A stretch of DNA of 64,000 nucleotides, taken from Rickettsiales bacterium. Lineage in GTDB: Bacteria; Pseudomonadota; Alphaproteobacteria; Rs-D84. The translations under genes were made by a program, and so were the position numbers. The notes beneath the pieces are model-generated. The model saw nothing but the letters and a program-made list of their open reading frames with translations, searched no databases and had not been told where the DNA came from. Location of the stretch: positions 76,738 through 140,737 of the forward strand of contig JAISAB010000002.1 of NCBI GenBank assembly GCA_031266915.1, in the 5' to 3' direction. Each line of letters opens with the position of its first letter. The stretch's first letter is position 1. This document shows positions 17,344-25,858 of this stretch, piece after piece.

Positions 17344-18930
17344 ATGGTGACGCGCTTCGCGCCAAGCCCCACGGGATTCTTTCATACCGGAAATTTATAT
17401 CCGACGATTATAGACAAAAAGCTGGCCCAGCAGTCCAGCGGCGTGTTCATTCTGCGTATCGAGGATACGGATACCAAACGCGAGGTTCCGGGCGCGGTTG
17501 ACATTATCGTGAATTCACTGGCGAAATTCGGTCTGGGCGTGGACGAGGGCATGATTGGCGACAACAAGGAAATCGGCGCATACGGCCCGTATGTGCAATC
17601 AAAACGCAAAGACATTTATCAATCTGTCGCGGCGGAGCTGATGGCGGCAGGCAAGGCGTATCCGTGTTTTCTGACCGCCGAAGAAATGGATGAAATCCGC
17701 GCCAAACAATCCGCCGGCGGATGGCGAACCGGCATATACGGCGAATGGGCGCGCGACCGTGACCTGACCGTGGAAGAAATCGCGGCGCGTCTGGACAAGG
17801 GCGAAGTTCCATCAATTCGCTTGTATTCCGCCGGCGATTGCAACAGGAAGATTTATTGCAAGGAGGCGATTCGCGGCAGCATCGCTTTTCCCGAAAGCGA
17901 CGAGGATATAGTCATTATAAAATCGAACGACGGATTGCCGACATATCATTTCGCGATGCTTTGCGACGACCATTTTATGCGCATTACGCATGTCGTGCGC
18001 GGAAACGAATATACGGCGAGTCTGCCTCTGCACGCGCAGCTGTTCAACGTGATGGGCTGGACGCCGCCGGTATTCATCCATAACGCGACGATTGATATTC
18101 TGGACGAAGAGACCGGAAACCGGCGCAAGTTGTCCAAGCGCAAGGACAGGGTGGCCAGCGTGGCGCTGCTGCTGGCCGACGGATGGCCGCCGGAATCGGT
18201 GTTGGAATATGTGTTTAATCTGGCTGTTTCCGGATATGAAGAAGCCAAAATGAAGAATCTCGCGCTGACCATTTGGGATTACCCGATAAATATTAAGAAA
18301 TTGCCGGCATCCGGGGCATTGTTCGATATGAAGAAAATGGAATGGTGGGCCAAAGAATTTATCGCGACGCTGCCGGTCGACGAACTGCTGGCCCGGGTTG
18401 TCGCGTGGGCAAACGAATACTCGCCGGACTGGGCGGCTCGGCTGACCCACCCCTCGTCCGTCGCCGCAAGCGGCGCCGGGACACTCCCCCCGCAGGGGGG
18501 GGAGACAAGCCCCCTGGAATATCTGCGCAATATTCTGGCCATCGAGCGCGACAATCCCAAACGAATCAGAAAAGATTTTATCACCTGGTCGCAGACGCTG
18601 GAAGAGGTCGCATATTTCTGGGACGACATATTCGAAAAGGCAGAAGGCAAAAGGCAGAAGGCAGAAGGCATAGAAAACGACGTATATGCACTGTTTCTGA
18701 GGAATTTCGATATAAACGACGACAAGGATACTTGGTGGAACAAGATTGTCGCCATCGCGTCACAACTTGGAATTAAAAACGGTGAGGTCGCAATGGGTCT
18801 GCGCGTGGCCCTGACGGGCCGCACCAACACGCCGGACCTGTATTCCATTATCCAGGTCATGGGCGCGGCCCGCGTCAAAAAGAGAGTGGAGAATGTTCTG
18901 AACCAAAAGGAGCAGTCATGTATCAAATAG
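17344..18930 (+). CDS. gltX: glutamyl-tRNA synthetase (ORF extends upstream to 17188; ATG at 17344 preferred)
   Basis: Class I synthetase motifs are present: RFAPSPTGFFHTGNL (HIGH region), ILRIEDTD and KLSKRKD (KMSKS). The C-terminal anticodon-binding domain is present. Confidence 0.9.
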   Translation: MVTRFAPSPTGFFHTGNLYPTIIDKKLAQQSSGVFILRIEDTDTKREVPGAVDIIVNSLAKFGLGVDEGMIGDNKEIGAYGPYVQSKRKDIYQSVAAELMAAGKAYPCFLTAEEMDEIRAKQSAGGWRTGIYGEWARDRDLTVEEIAARLDKGEVPSIRLYSAGDCNRKIYCKEAIRGSIAFPESDEDIVIIKSNDGLPTYHFAMLCDDHFMRITHVVRGNEYTASLPLHAQLFNVMGWTPPVFIHNATIDILDEETGNRRKLSKRKDRVASVALLLADGWPPESVLEYVFNLAVSGYEEAKMKNLALTIWDYPINIKKLPASGALFDMKKMEWWAKEFIATLPVDELLARVVAWANEYSPDWAARLTHPSSVAASGAGTLPPQGGETSPLEYLRNILAIERDNPKRIRKDFITWSQTLEEVAYFWDDIFEKAEGKRQKAEGIENDVYALFLRNFDINDDKDTWWNKIVAIASQLGIKNGEVAMGLRVALTGRTNTPDLYSIIQVMGAARVKKRVENVLNQKEQSCIK

Positions 18931-19517
18931 TCAGAGGACGCAAAATCCTGTTAAGAGCCGGTTATACGGATGAACAAATCGATTCTATGAAAACCAGTGA
19001 ACGCTGGTCCGCGATTAGCAATATCATCAATGTCGGCGACAAATATGAGACCTTGGAAATAAAAGAAACGGGCAGGGATGTTCGGATTTCGCAATCAAAC
19101 AAGTATAATGTCCAGTATGTTTTTCAGGAAGATTTTCATCCGTTCGGTTTTGCGAGAATGGACGAGAAAATATATGGAAAAGAAACGGTCCTGCATCTGT
19201 CCAGAATTCACATAAATCGCGACAAGGCCCAGGATACCCTGTACAGGATGACCGAGAACCTGGTCGCGCAGTGCAATGCCCCACGCGGGTATGTTATGAC
19301 GAAAGTTTTGGCTTGCTGCATTGGCACCGGGAATATTATAAAAGACGGTTCGCAAATTCTTTTACTGGCAGGTCCAAGCTATCAGAACCCCGTAGATATA
19401 CTGATAAATGCGGATGAAATAAACGCGGTTGTAAATTGCGGGGACATACGTGGAGAGAGGCATAACAAGCCGGAATTGGTTCGCAAAGCACTGGAGGATG
19501 CGTATTATGGAAGATAG
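18918..19517 (+). CDS. hypothetical protein (inserted between gltX and the GNAT gene)
   Basis: 199-aa ORF. Its start overlaps the gltX stop and it uses the RBS aaaaggag inside the gltX 3' end. No family recognised. Confidence 0.5.
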   Translation: MYQIVRGRKILLRAGYTDEQIDSMKTSERWSAISNIINVGDKYETLEIKETGRDVRISQSNKYNVQYVFQEDFHPFGFARMDEKIYGKETVLHLSRIHINRDKAQDTLYRMTENLVAQCNAPRGYVMTKVLACCIGTGNIIKDGSQILLLAGPSYQNPVDILINADEINAVVNCGDIRGERHNKPELVRKALEDAYYGR

Positions 19518-19587
19518 AACATAATCGTGCGCGCGTCCCGCGTTAATAAAAGAGAGTAGAGAATGTTCTGAACCAAAAGGATGAAGT

Positions 19588-19857
19588 ATGGAAGAAATCA
19601 ATTATAAAGAAATAAAGAGAGATAGAAAAATGCACACAAGTGCCTCTCTGCTAGCCGTTGGTGTCTATGTGGTGTTAATAATGGCGCCGGTTGCCTGCGC
19701 ATACAATATTATGAGCGATGGGCTAAGAGCGCGTGATAAAAAAAGCAGGGCAATAAATGCTAACAGGAAATCGTACGACGCTTTGCTGGAAAAGAAAAAG
19801 GCCGCGGAAAAAGAATTAAACGATTCGCTGTCTATATGGACACAAATGGTTAAATAA
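19588..19857 (+). CDS. hypothetical small membrane protein
   Basis: 89 aa with one TM helix (LLAVGVYVVLIMAPVACAY). It is preceded by a duplicated copy of the gltX 3' end, including its RBS. Confidence 0.4.
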   Translation: MEEINYKEIKRDRKMHTSASLLAVGVYVVLIMAPVACAYNIMSDGLRARDKKSRAINANRKSYDALLEKKKAAEKELNDSLSIWTQMVK

Positions 19858-20292
19858 ATGTCTGAAAGTATAATCGTGCGCGCGGCGCAGCAGCAAGATT
19901 TCCAGGCAGTGCAAGTCGTGCAGGCGCAGGGCGGGGACGCGCTGCAGACAAACGGCGATGTTATCGAAATCGCGGATATGGAAATCCAGGCGGCCAGCCC
20001 GAACGGCATTTTCGGCGTGGCGGAGGCTGATGGTAAAATAGTCGGATTTGTTTATGGTGAAAAACTGGTCGCGCGTTGGGCAATGGCGTCTTATTTTACG
20101 GTTGTGCCGGATTTTCGCGGAACGGACGCTTATCGCAGGTTGGGCGACTGGTTCATGAATCAGGCCAAGGCGCTGGGCGCGAAATATGTCCTGTTGTACG
20201 CCGACGCCGATAACAAAAGGCTGATACGTTTTTATGAACATTTTGGTTTCGTACAGGGCGGAAAGTATGCGGAGATGGTAAAAGAAGTATAG
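19858..20292 (+). CDS. GNAT family N-acetyltransferase
   Basis: The acetyl-CoA-binding core pattern R..G.G..L...........G......L.V...N..A..FY...GF is present (RGTDAYRRLGDWFMNQAKALGAKYVLLYADADNKRLIRFYEHFGF). Confidence 0.75.
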   Translation: MSESIIVRAAQQQDFQAVQVVQAQGGDALQTNGDVIEIADMEIQAASPNGIFGVAEADGKIVGFVYGEKLVARWAMASYFTVVPDFRGTDAYRRLGDWFMNQAKALGAKYVLLYADADNKRLIRFYEHFGFVQGGKYAEMVKEV

Positions 20293-20339
20293 ATGATGAA
20301 TTGATTGGTTATTTATAAAACAAAAAAAGGAAAACGAAA

Positions 20340-21110
20340 ATGGCGAAAATTGAAAGACAAAGAAAAAAACAGCTTAAAGACGCGAAGAAAGACAAGATTA
20401 AAATAGTTAAAAATGACGAGCGCGCAAACGGTTTGCTGAAGTTCCTGAAAAGGACAGGATTGTTCCGGTGGGAGCGCCCCAACACCCACAGCGAGGAAAT
20501 ACTGAACATCCTGACTCATGGAATCGGAATCGGCCTGGCGGTTGCGGCGCTGACGCTGCTGGTCGTGTTCGCGGGGCTGAAAGGCGACGCGTGGGCGGTC
20601 GTGTCGTGCGCGATATTCGGACTGACGATGTTCACGCTGTATTTCGGCTCAACCATGTGCCACGCGATGACGGGCCGCAAATCCGAAAGCTTTTTCGAAG
20701 TATGGGACAGCATCGCCATCTATGCCCTGATTGCCGGAACGTATACGCCGTTTCTGTTGGTCAATCTGCGCGGCGGATTGGGCTGGACGGTGTTCGGAAT
20801 TCTGTGGGCGGTTACGATTGCCGGCAGCGTTATGAAAATCCGCAATCCGAAGTACCAGCCGCGCTGGATTGCGCTGCTGTATCTGATTATGGGCTGGACG
20901 ATGGTGTTTATCCTGCCTTGGATGATTAAATACATCCCGGCGCGCGGCATGTGGTTTATTCTGGCGGGCGGACTGTCGTACTCGCTGGGCATTATCTTTT
21001 ACCTGTGGCGGCGGATGAAATTCAGCCACGCCGTCTGGCATCTGTTGGTTATTGGCGGGACTGTCTGCTTTTTCTTCGCGGTATTGTTCGGAACAATCAT
21101 TGATTTTTAA
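20340..21110 (+). CDS. hemolysin III family channel protein (PAQR/YqfA)
   Basis: EEILNILTHGIG precedes 7 predicted TM helices, and His-rich motifs (CHAM, FSHAVWHL) are characteristic of HlyIII. Confidence 0.85.
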   Translation: MAKIERQRKKQLKDAKKDKIKIVKNDERANGLLKFLKRTGLFRWERPNTHSEEILNILTHGIGIGLAVAALTLLVVFAGLKGDAWAVVSCAIFGLTMFTLYFGSTMCHAMTGRKSESFFEVWDSIAIYALIAGTYTPFLLVNLRGGLGWTVFGILWAVTIAGSVMKIRNPKYQPRWIALLYLIMGWTMVFILPWMIKYIPARGMWFILAGGLSYSLGIIFYLWRRMKFSHAVWHLLVIGGTVCFFFAVLFGTIIDF

Positions 21111-21127
21111 CCCGAAATTGCGGTGCT

Positions 21128-21182
21128 TGTGAAAAAGGCCCCTAGTGTACAAGACGTGCACTAGGGGCCTTTTTCACAAGCA
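21128..21182 (+). terminator. long hairpin repeat (terminator-like) downstream of hlyIII; family also at 32186-32242
   Basis: The palindrome cttgtgaaaaaggcccctagtgtacaagacgtgcactaggggcctttttcacaag has a ~17-bp stem, and the flanking ...gcagtcaacccaact is shared with the copy after ftsI. Confidence 0.5.
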
Positions 21183-21564
21183 GTCAACCCAACTTGCAAA
21201 ATTATTTGGCTTTAACAGATGCAGCGTTTGTACACTATGCTGCCCCGAACGCGCACAGTCGGCAAAGTTTATAAAACCGTTCGAATTTTTCCTGAATTTA
21301 TGATGGATCCAAACATTTTCCTTGTATCAGAACTTTGCGCGTATTATGATACAAGCGTCGGCGGGTGTTCCGCCGGCGGGGTATCGAAACCTCCATAAGA
21401 CGCGCGCATGGGCAGTACTGTGCGATGTTCTCCAATCATTTGGTTGGAGGGCTGGTGGAATAAGGCATTACGCTGAATACGCCGCACTATATCTTATGTA
21501 GTTTCGAACCTCCAACCACCTTTTTCGGGTGGTTTTTCATTCGCTGAAAAAAAAGGAGGTTGGA

Positions 21565-22164
21565 ATGAGAAAATTAATGTTTCTTGTTGTTTCGTTTCTG
21601 GTTGTTTTGTCTCTGGCGCCGAGATTGTTCGCCGCCAGTTGCAGCGGCAGCTGCTGCGACAGCGGCAATGTATTGGGAGGTTCTAACATAATGGATTATT
21701 GCATTGGCTCCAGCGTTAGATTTATTGGGTGTTACGACACATATATAGTTTATACATGCGATGCGTGCATATCCGGCTACTATACCAGGTACAAAATCGA
21801 TAGTGATTATCCTGGCGAAATATATGGATGCCATTATGACCCGCCAGCATGCGGCACATGCAACGAAACGGTCACCGACTGGGTAAATGTAGACTCGAGC
21901 CGCCAAAGGCGGACCGTCACCAAAACATGCGCCAGCGGATGCACTTGTACCAATTGCAGCGGCACTGTCACGGAATACCAATGCGGCGCCAATTATTACG
22001 GCACCGCGACCAACAACAGCACCAGTTGTACCAGTTGCCTGAACAACGGGAAGAAAGCAGTGGGCAACGGCGATATAACGGACTGCTATATTCCGGCCGG
22101 TCAGGAAATCAGCGACGACACGGGCAAATTTACATTTGATCAGGACTGCCATTATTCGAAATGA
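21565..22164 (+). CDS. cysteine-rich secreted protein
   Basis: Signal peptide MRKLMFLVVSFLVVLSLAPRLFAA, followed by ~30 Cys in 175 aa (CSGSCCDSG, CTCTNCSG). The RBS is aaggaggt. Confidence 0.6.
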   Translation: MRKLMFLVVSFLVVLSLAPRLFAASCSGSCCDSGNVLGGSNIMDYCIGSSVRFIGCYDTYIVYTCDACISGYYTRYKIDSDYPGEIYGCHYDPPACGTCNETVTDWVNVDSSRQRRTVTKTCASGCTCTNCSGTVTEYQCGANYYGTATNNSTSCTSCLNNGKKAVGNGDITDCYIPAGQEISDDTGKFTFDQDCHYSK

Positions 22165-22381
22165 CGCGAATATGTTGACTTTTTAGTGCCGGGGCGGTAC
22201 AATTGACGGGCGATGAGATATATGTCAGCCATTTTCGCCACAACGACGACCCCGTTTGGGGTATAATTTCTATTGCGGAATTCCGCATCATCAGTATAAT
22301 CAAATAAATTAATTTATGACTTCGGGTTGCCGATTTATGATTTGAATCAGAAATCCGAAGTTCGAAATCAGGAATATAAAA

Positions 22382-24175
22382 ATGTCAGACAACAAATATC
22401 CAATTGAACAGATTCGCCACAGCTTGGCGCATGTCTTGGCGGCAGCGGTTCAAAAATTACATCCGGATGTGAAATTCGGGGGCGGGCCCGCCATCGAGAA
22501 CGGCTTTTACTATGACTTTGACACGGAATACCGTTTTTCCGAATCGGATTTCGCGGCCATCGAAAAGGAAATGAAATCGCTGATTAAATCGGATGGCAGG
22601 TTCGTCCGCCGCGAGGTATCGTTGCCCGAAGCCAAAGAGATATTCAAAGACCAGCCATATAAAATGGAATGGCTGGGCGATATGGATGATGGAAAATGGA
22701 TAAGGGATGATGTAGATTCCATATCATCCATCATCCATCATCCATCATCCATTATATCCGTTTACACATTCCGCGACTTCACGGACCTATGCCGCGGGCC
22801 GCATGTGGAATCTTCCGCCGCGCTGCCGCGCGATTCGTTCAAGATTCGCAGCGTTGCCGGCGCGTACTGGAAGGGCGATTCGAAAAACAAAATGCTGCAG
22901 CGCATCTATGTCGACGCGTTCGCGACCGCGGTTGAGTTGGCGGAATTTCTAAAGATGCAGGAAGAGGCCGCCCAGCGCGACAACCGAAAACTGGGGCGCG
23001 AGATGGACCTGTTCCATTTCGAGCCCGACTATGCCCCGGGCGCCGTGTTCTGGCACGACAAGGGGTTCAGGATTTATCGCCGCCTGATAGACTACGTCCG
23101 CATGCGCCAGGAACAGGCGGGGTACCTGGAAATTTCGACTCCGTCAGTAATGGACCGCAGTTTGTGGGAAAAATCCGGCCACTGGGCCAAATACGGCGAG
23201 CATAATTATTCCGGCAAGACCCAGGATGGCAAGACCTTTTGCGTAAAACCGATGTCCTGTCCGGGCGGCATGCTGGTGTTCGGCCACGGCCAGGTGTCGT
23301 ACAAGGACCTGCCGATGTACGTGGCCGAATTCGGCAAGGTCAACAGGTACGAGGCGGCGGGCGGCCTGTCGGGCCTGATGCGCGTGCGCGAATTCACCCA
23401 GGACGACGCCCATATCTTCTGCACTGAAAATCAGCTGGAGGAAGAGGTCGTCAAAGTCCTGCGCTTTATCAAGGATATTTATGCCAAGTTCGGATTCGAC
23501 AAAATTTCGATGAAACTGGCGACGCGCAAGGAATCTGAATTCCGCATCGGCGACGACGCGATTTGGGACAAGGCCGAGGGCGCGCTGAAATCCGCGCTGG
23601 ATAAAAACGGAATCGAATATGAAATCGCAGAGGGCGACGCGGCGTTCTATGGCCCGAAGATTGATAACTATCTGAAAGATTCCATGGGCCGCGTATGGCA
23701 ATGCGGAACGGTTCAACTGGATATGAATCTGCCCCAGCGCTTTGATTTGTCCTATATCGGCGAAGACGGCGAAAAGCACCGCCCGATTATGCTGCACCGC
23801 GCGATGCTGGGGTCAATCGAACGCTTTATGGGAATCCTGCTGGAATCGACGGGGGGCAATCTGCCACTGTGGCTGTCGCCGGAACCGGTCGTCGTCACGC
23901 CGATTTCCGAAAAGTATCGGGAATACGCCGCGGAAGTCGTTGATATGCTGAAACACGCGGGCGTCCATGCCGCCGGCGATATGCGCGATGAAAAGGTCAA
24001 CTATAAAATCCGCGAACTGTCCCTGGCCAAGACGCCGGTTATCGCCGTTGTCGGCGAAAAGGAACGGGACGACAAGACCGTTACTCTGCGTCATTTGGGC
24101 AGCGAGAAACAGGAAACCGTTTCCCTGGACGCGTTTATAAATCAAATGGCGCAAGCCGTCCAAATGCCGGAGTAA
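22382..24175 (+). CDS. thrS: threonyl-tRNA synthetase (lacks N-terminal TGS domain; contains an in-frame palindromic insertion at ~22679-22757)
   Basis: The second N-terminal domain (HSLAHVLA), class II motifs (FRDFTDLCRGPH, GLMRVREFTQDDAHIF, GPKID, QCGTVQLD) and a C-terminal anticodon-binding domain are present. The protein begins at the position equivalent to E. coli residue ~70. Confidence 0.93.
   Translation: MSDNKYPIEQIRHSLAHVLAAAVQKLHPDVKFGGGPAIENGFYYDFDTEYRFSESDFAAIEKEMKSLIKSDGRFVRREVSLPEAKEIFKDQPYKMEWLGDMDDGKWIRDDVDSISSIIHHPSSIISVYTFRDFTDLCRGPHVESSAALPRDSFKIRSVAGAYWKGDSKNKMLQRIYVDAFATAVELAEFLKMQEEAAQRDNRKLGREMDLFHFEPDYAPGAVFWHDKGFRIYRRLIDYVRMRQEQAGYLEISTPSVMDRSLWEKSGHWAKYGEHNYSGKTQDGKTFCVKPMSCPGGMLVFGHGQVSYKDLPMYVAEFGKVNRYEAAGGLSGLMRVREFTQDDAHIFCTENQLEEEVVKVLRFIKDIYAKFGFDKISMKLATRKESEFRIGDDAIWDKAEGALKSALDKNGIEYEIAEGDAAFYGPKIDNYLKDSMGRVWQCGTVQLDMNLPQRFDLSYIGEDGEKHRPIMLHRAMLGSIERFMGILLESTGGNLPLWLSPEPVVVTPISEKYREYAAEVVDMLKHAGVHAAGDMRDEKVNYKIRELSLAKTPVIAVVGEKERDDKTVTLRHLGSEKQETVSLDAFINQMAQAVQMPE
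22679..22757. repeat. palindromic in-frame insertion inside thrS
   Basis: The arms gatatggatgatggaaaatggataagggatgatg...ccatatcatccatcatccatcatccatcatcc are complementary. It encodes ~16 extra residues (DDGKWIRDDVDSISSIIHHPSS) relative to E. coli ThrRS between the ...SIL and DMCRGPH equivalents. Confidence 0.55.
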
Positions 24176-24240
24176 ATAAATCCCCTTCGCTGGCGAAGGG
24201 GTGGATGCGAGTGAAGCGAGCAGACGGGGTAGTGGTCCTT
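24175..24240. repeat. half-copy of the ccccttcgctggcgaagggg palindromic element (full copy inside gatB)
   Basis: The sequence aaatccccttcgctggcgaaggggtg...cggggtagtgg is identical to the left arm of the gatB element at 53880-53993. Confidence 0.5.
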
Positions 24241-24341
24241 GTATATTGTCCATTATCCTGTTTTGCCATATCAGCAAAAAATCGTAATTCGTGTTGCGAG
24301 GTCGCATAGGATTACTGGGGCAAAAATTTAACAAAAGGTAA

Positions 24342-24491
24342 ATGAAGATGAAAAAATTAATCGCGGTTATGGGATTATGTTCCCTGGTATTGGCGCTGGG
24401 CGCATGCTCGAGAACATGCGAGACCGAGCCGATTGTCGAGCAGAATCACAAACTGATTGTGCCGAAGAATTTCGGCAGCCAGCCGAAATAA
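24342..24491 (+). CDS. small putative lipoprotein (49 aa)
   Basis: MKMKKLIAVMGLCSLVLALGACSR has a lipobox LALGAC. The ORF is below the ORF-track size cutoff and is preceded by the RBS aaaagg. Confidence 0.4.
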   Translation: MKMKKLIAVMGLCSLVLALGACSRTCETEPIVEQNHKLIVPKNFGSQPK

Positions 24492-24543
24492 CCATTAGTA
24501 GTTAGTAACTAGTGGCTAGTTACTAACTACTAGCTACTAATGG
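24488..24543. repeat. tagt-rich perfect-like palindrome (hairpin)
   Basis: aaccattagtagttagtaactagtggctagttactaactactagctactaatggtt; this family is also at 10262-10360, 32262-32395 and 38190-38240. Confidence 0.5.
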
Positions 24544-24574
24544 TTTTTTGTGATACAATGGGCCCGAAGAACAA

Positions 24575-25312
24575 ATGGGGGAAGCGATGAATAACAATGA
24601 ATTGGACGACAGCTTGGATTTGTTGGACCTGGAAGACGACGCGGCTTTGGACACATTGCCCGAGGCCAGTCCCTTTGCGTCCGCGCCCCGGCCCAAGAAG
24701 CCTTGGCTGCTGATGGGGGTCGGGCTGTTGGTCGTTGTGTTGGCGACGTATATCATCGTCCGCACGGTGGGCTCTGATTCTGGGTCTTCGGTGGAAATTG
24801 ATTTGGACGCGCCGGAAGTCGTGACGACGGACACGGGCGCGACGGATACTTTGGTTGTGCCTGACGCGCCGTCTGCGGCGCCATTGCCTGTTCCGGTCGC
24901 CGCGTCGCGCGCGCAGCCGATGGCACCGACGCCGGGCGTGCCTGTGCGCGAAGTGTCCGACCGCCGCGAAGTCACATTTAATCCGGACAAGCCGGCCGCC
25001 AAACCCGCACCCGCGGCGGTTGTCGCAAAACCAAAAGCACCCGCGCCAAAGCCGGCGCCGGCCGCCAAATCGGCATGGTATGCGCAATTCGGCTCGTACA
25101 GCGCGCGCGCGATGGCCGAATCCGCGCAGCGCAGGATTCAAAGCGGCCACGGCGGCCTGTTCGCCGGGAAACAGTTCGTTATTTTGGCGGCCACGCTGCC
25201 TAATGGCGCGACGACGTACAGATTGCGCGTCGGTTTTGCCTCGTCCGGCGAAGCAAACGGATTCTGCCAGAATGCGAAATCCGACGGCCTGGATTGTTAT
25301 GTTGCGAAATAA
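24575..25312 (+). CDS. SPOR domain-containing cell-division protein (single-pass, Pro/Ala-rich linker)
   Basis: There is a TM segment (WLLMGVGLLVVVLATYIIV) and an AKPAPAA-rich linker. The C-terminal WYAQFGSYSARAMAESAQRRIQ...YRLRVGFASSGEANGFCQNAK fits the SPOR peptidoglycan-binding fold. Confidence 0.7.
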   Translation: MGEAMNNNELDDSLDLLDLEDDAALDTLPEASPFASAPRPKKPWLLMGVGLLVVVLATYIIVRTVGSDSGSSVEIDLDAPEVVTTDTGATDTLVVPDAPSAAPLPVPVAASRAQPMAPTPGVPVREVSDRREVTFNPDKPAAKPAPAAVVAKPKAPAPKPAPAAKSAWYAQFGSYSARAMAESAQRRIQSGHGGLFAGKQFVILAATLPNGATTYRLRVGFASSGEANGFCQNAKSDGLDCYVAK

Positions 25313-25399
25313 AAACGTAATTCGTAAATCGTGATTCGTGAATCGCACGATACCGATTTTCGTTTTGCTTGTCTGCTAATCGAATAAGGAGTGTGTGAA

Positions 25400-25666
25400 A
25401 TGAGAGCAGGTTTTTGGGAAATACTTTTAATCGTTATTCTGGTTCTGATTCTGTTCGGACATTCCAAGATTCCGGATTTGATGAAGAATCTGGCCAACGG
25501 CATCAATATCTTTAAAAAAGAATTGAAAGGCAAGGACGATGACGGCGCCAAGGCGAAGCCCGCGCCGAAACTGGCACTCGCCGCGAAAAAAGTGTCCGCA
25601 CCGAAACTGGCTGTGAAAAAGGCTGCGCCGAAAAAATCGGCAAAGCTGGCGGCCAAGAAAAAATAA
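25400..25666 (+). CDS. tatA: twin-arginine translocase subunit TatA/E family
   Basis: MRAGFWEILLIVILVLILFGHSKIPDLMKNLANGINIFKK matches the TatA TM/hinge/amphipathic-helix pattern. The RBS aaggag lies 8 nt upstream, and the tail is Lys/Ala-rich. Confidence 0.7.
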   Translation: MRAGFWEILLIVILVLILFGHSKIPDLMKNLANGINIFKKELKGKDDDGAKAKPAPKLALAAKKVSAPKLAVKKAAPKKSAKLAAKKK

Positions 25667-25858
25667 AAAACGCGGATAAAAATAGTTCGCATCAAAAAAC
25701 AACCCGCAGGCACCACGGCTTGGCGGGTTATTTTTATTCTATGTAGCATTCTGCATCGTCCAAAAAGCATATAAAATCCAATATTGGTAGTTTTATAAAA
25801 ATATTGAAAATTTTGATACCGCGTTATATAATCCCCTTTATAAGAAAGGAATCATAAA

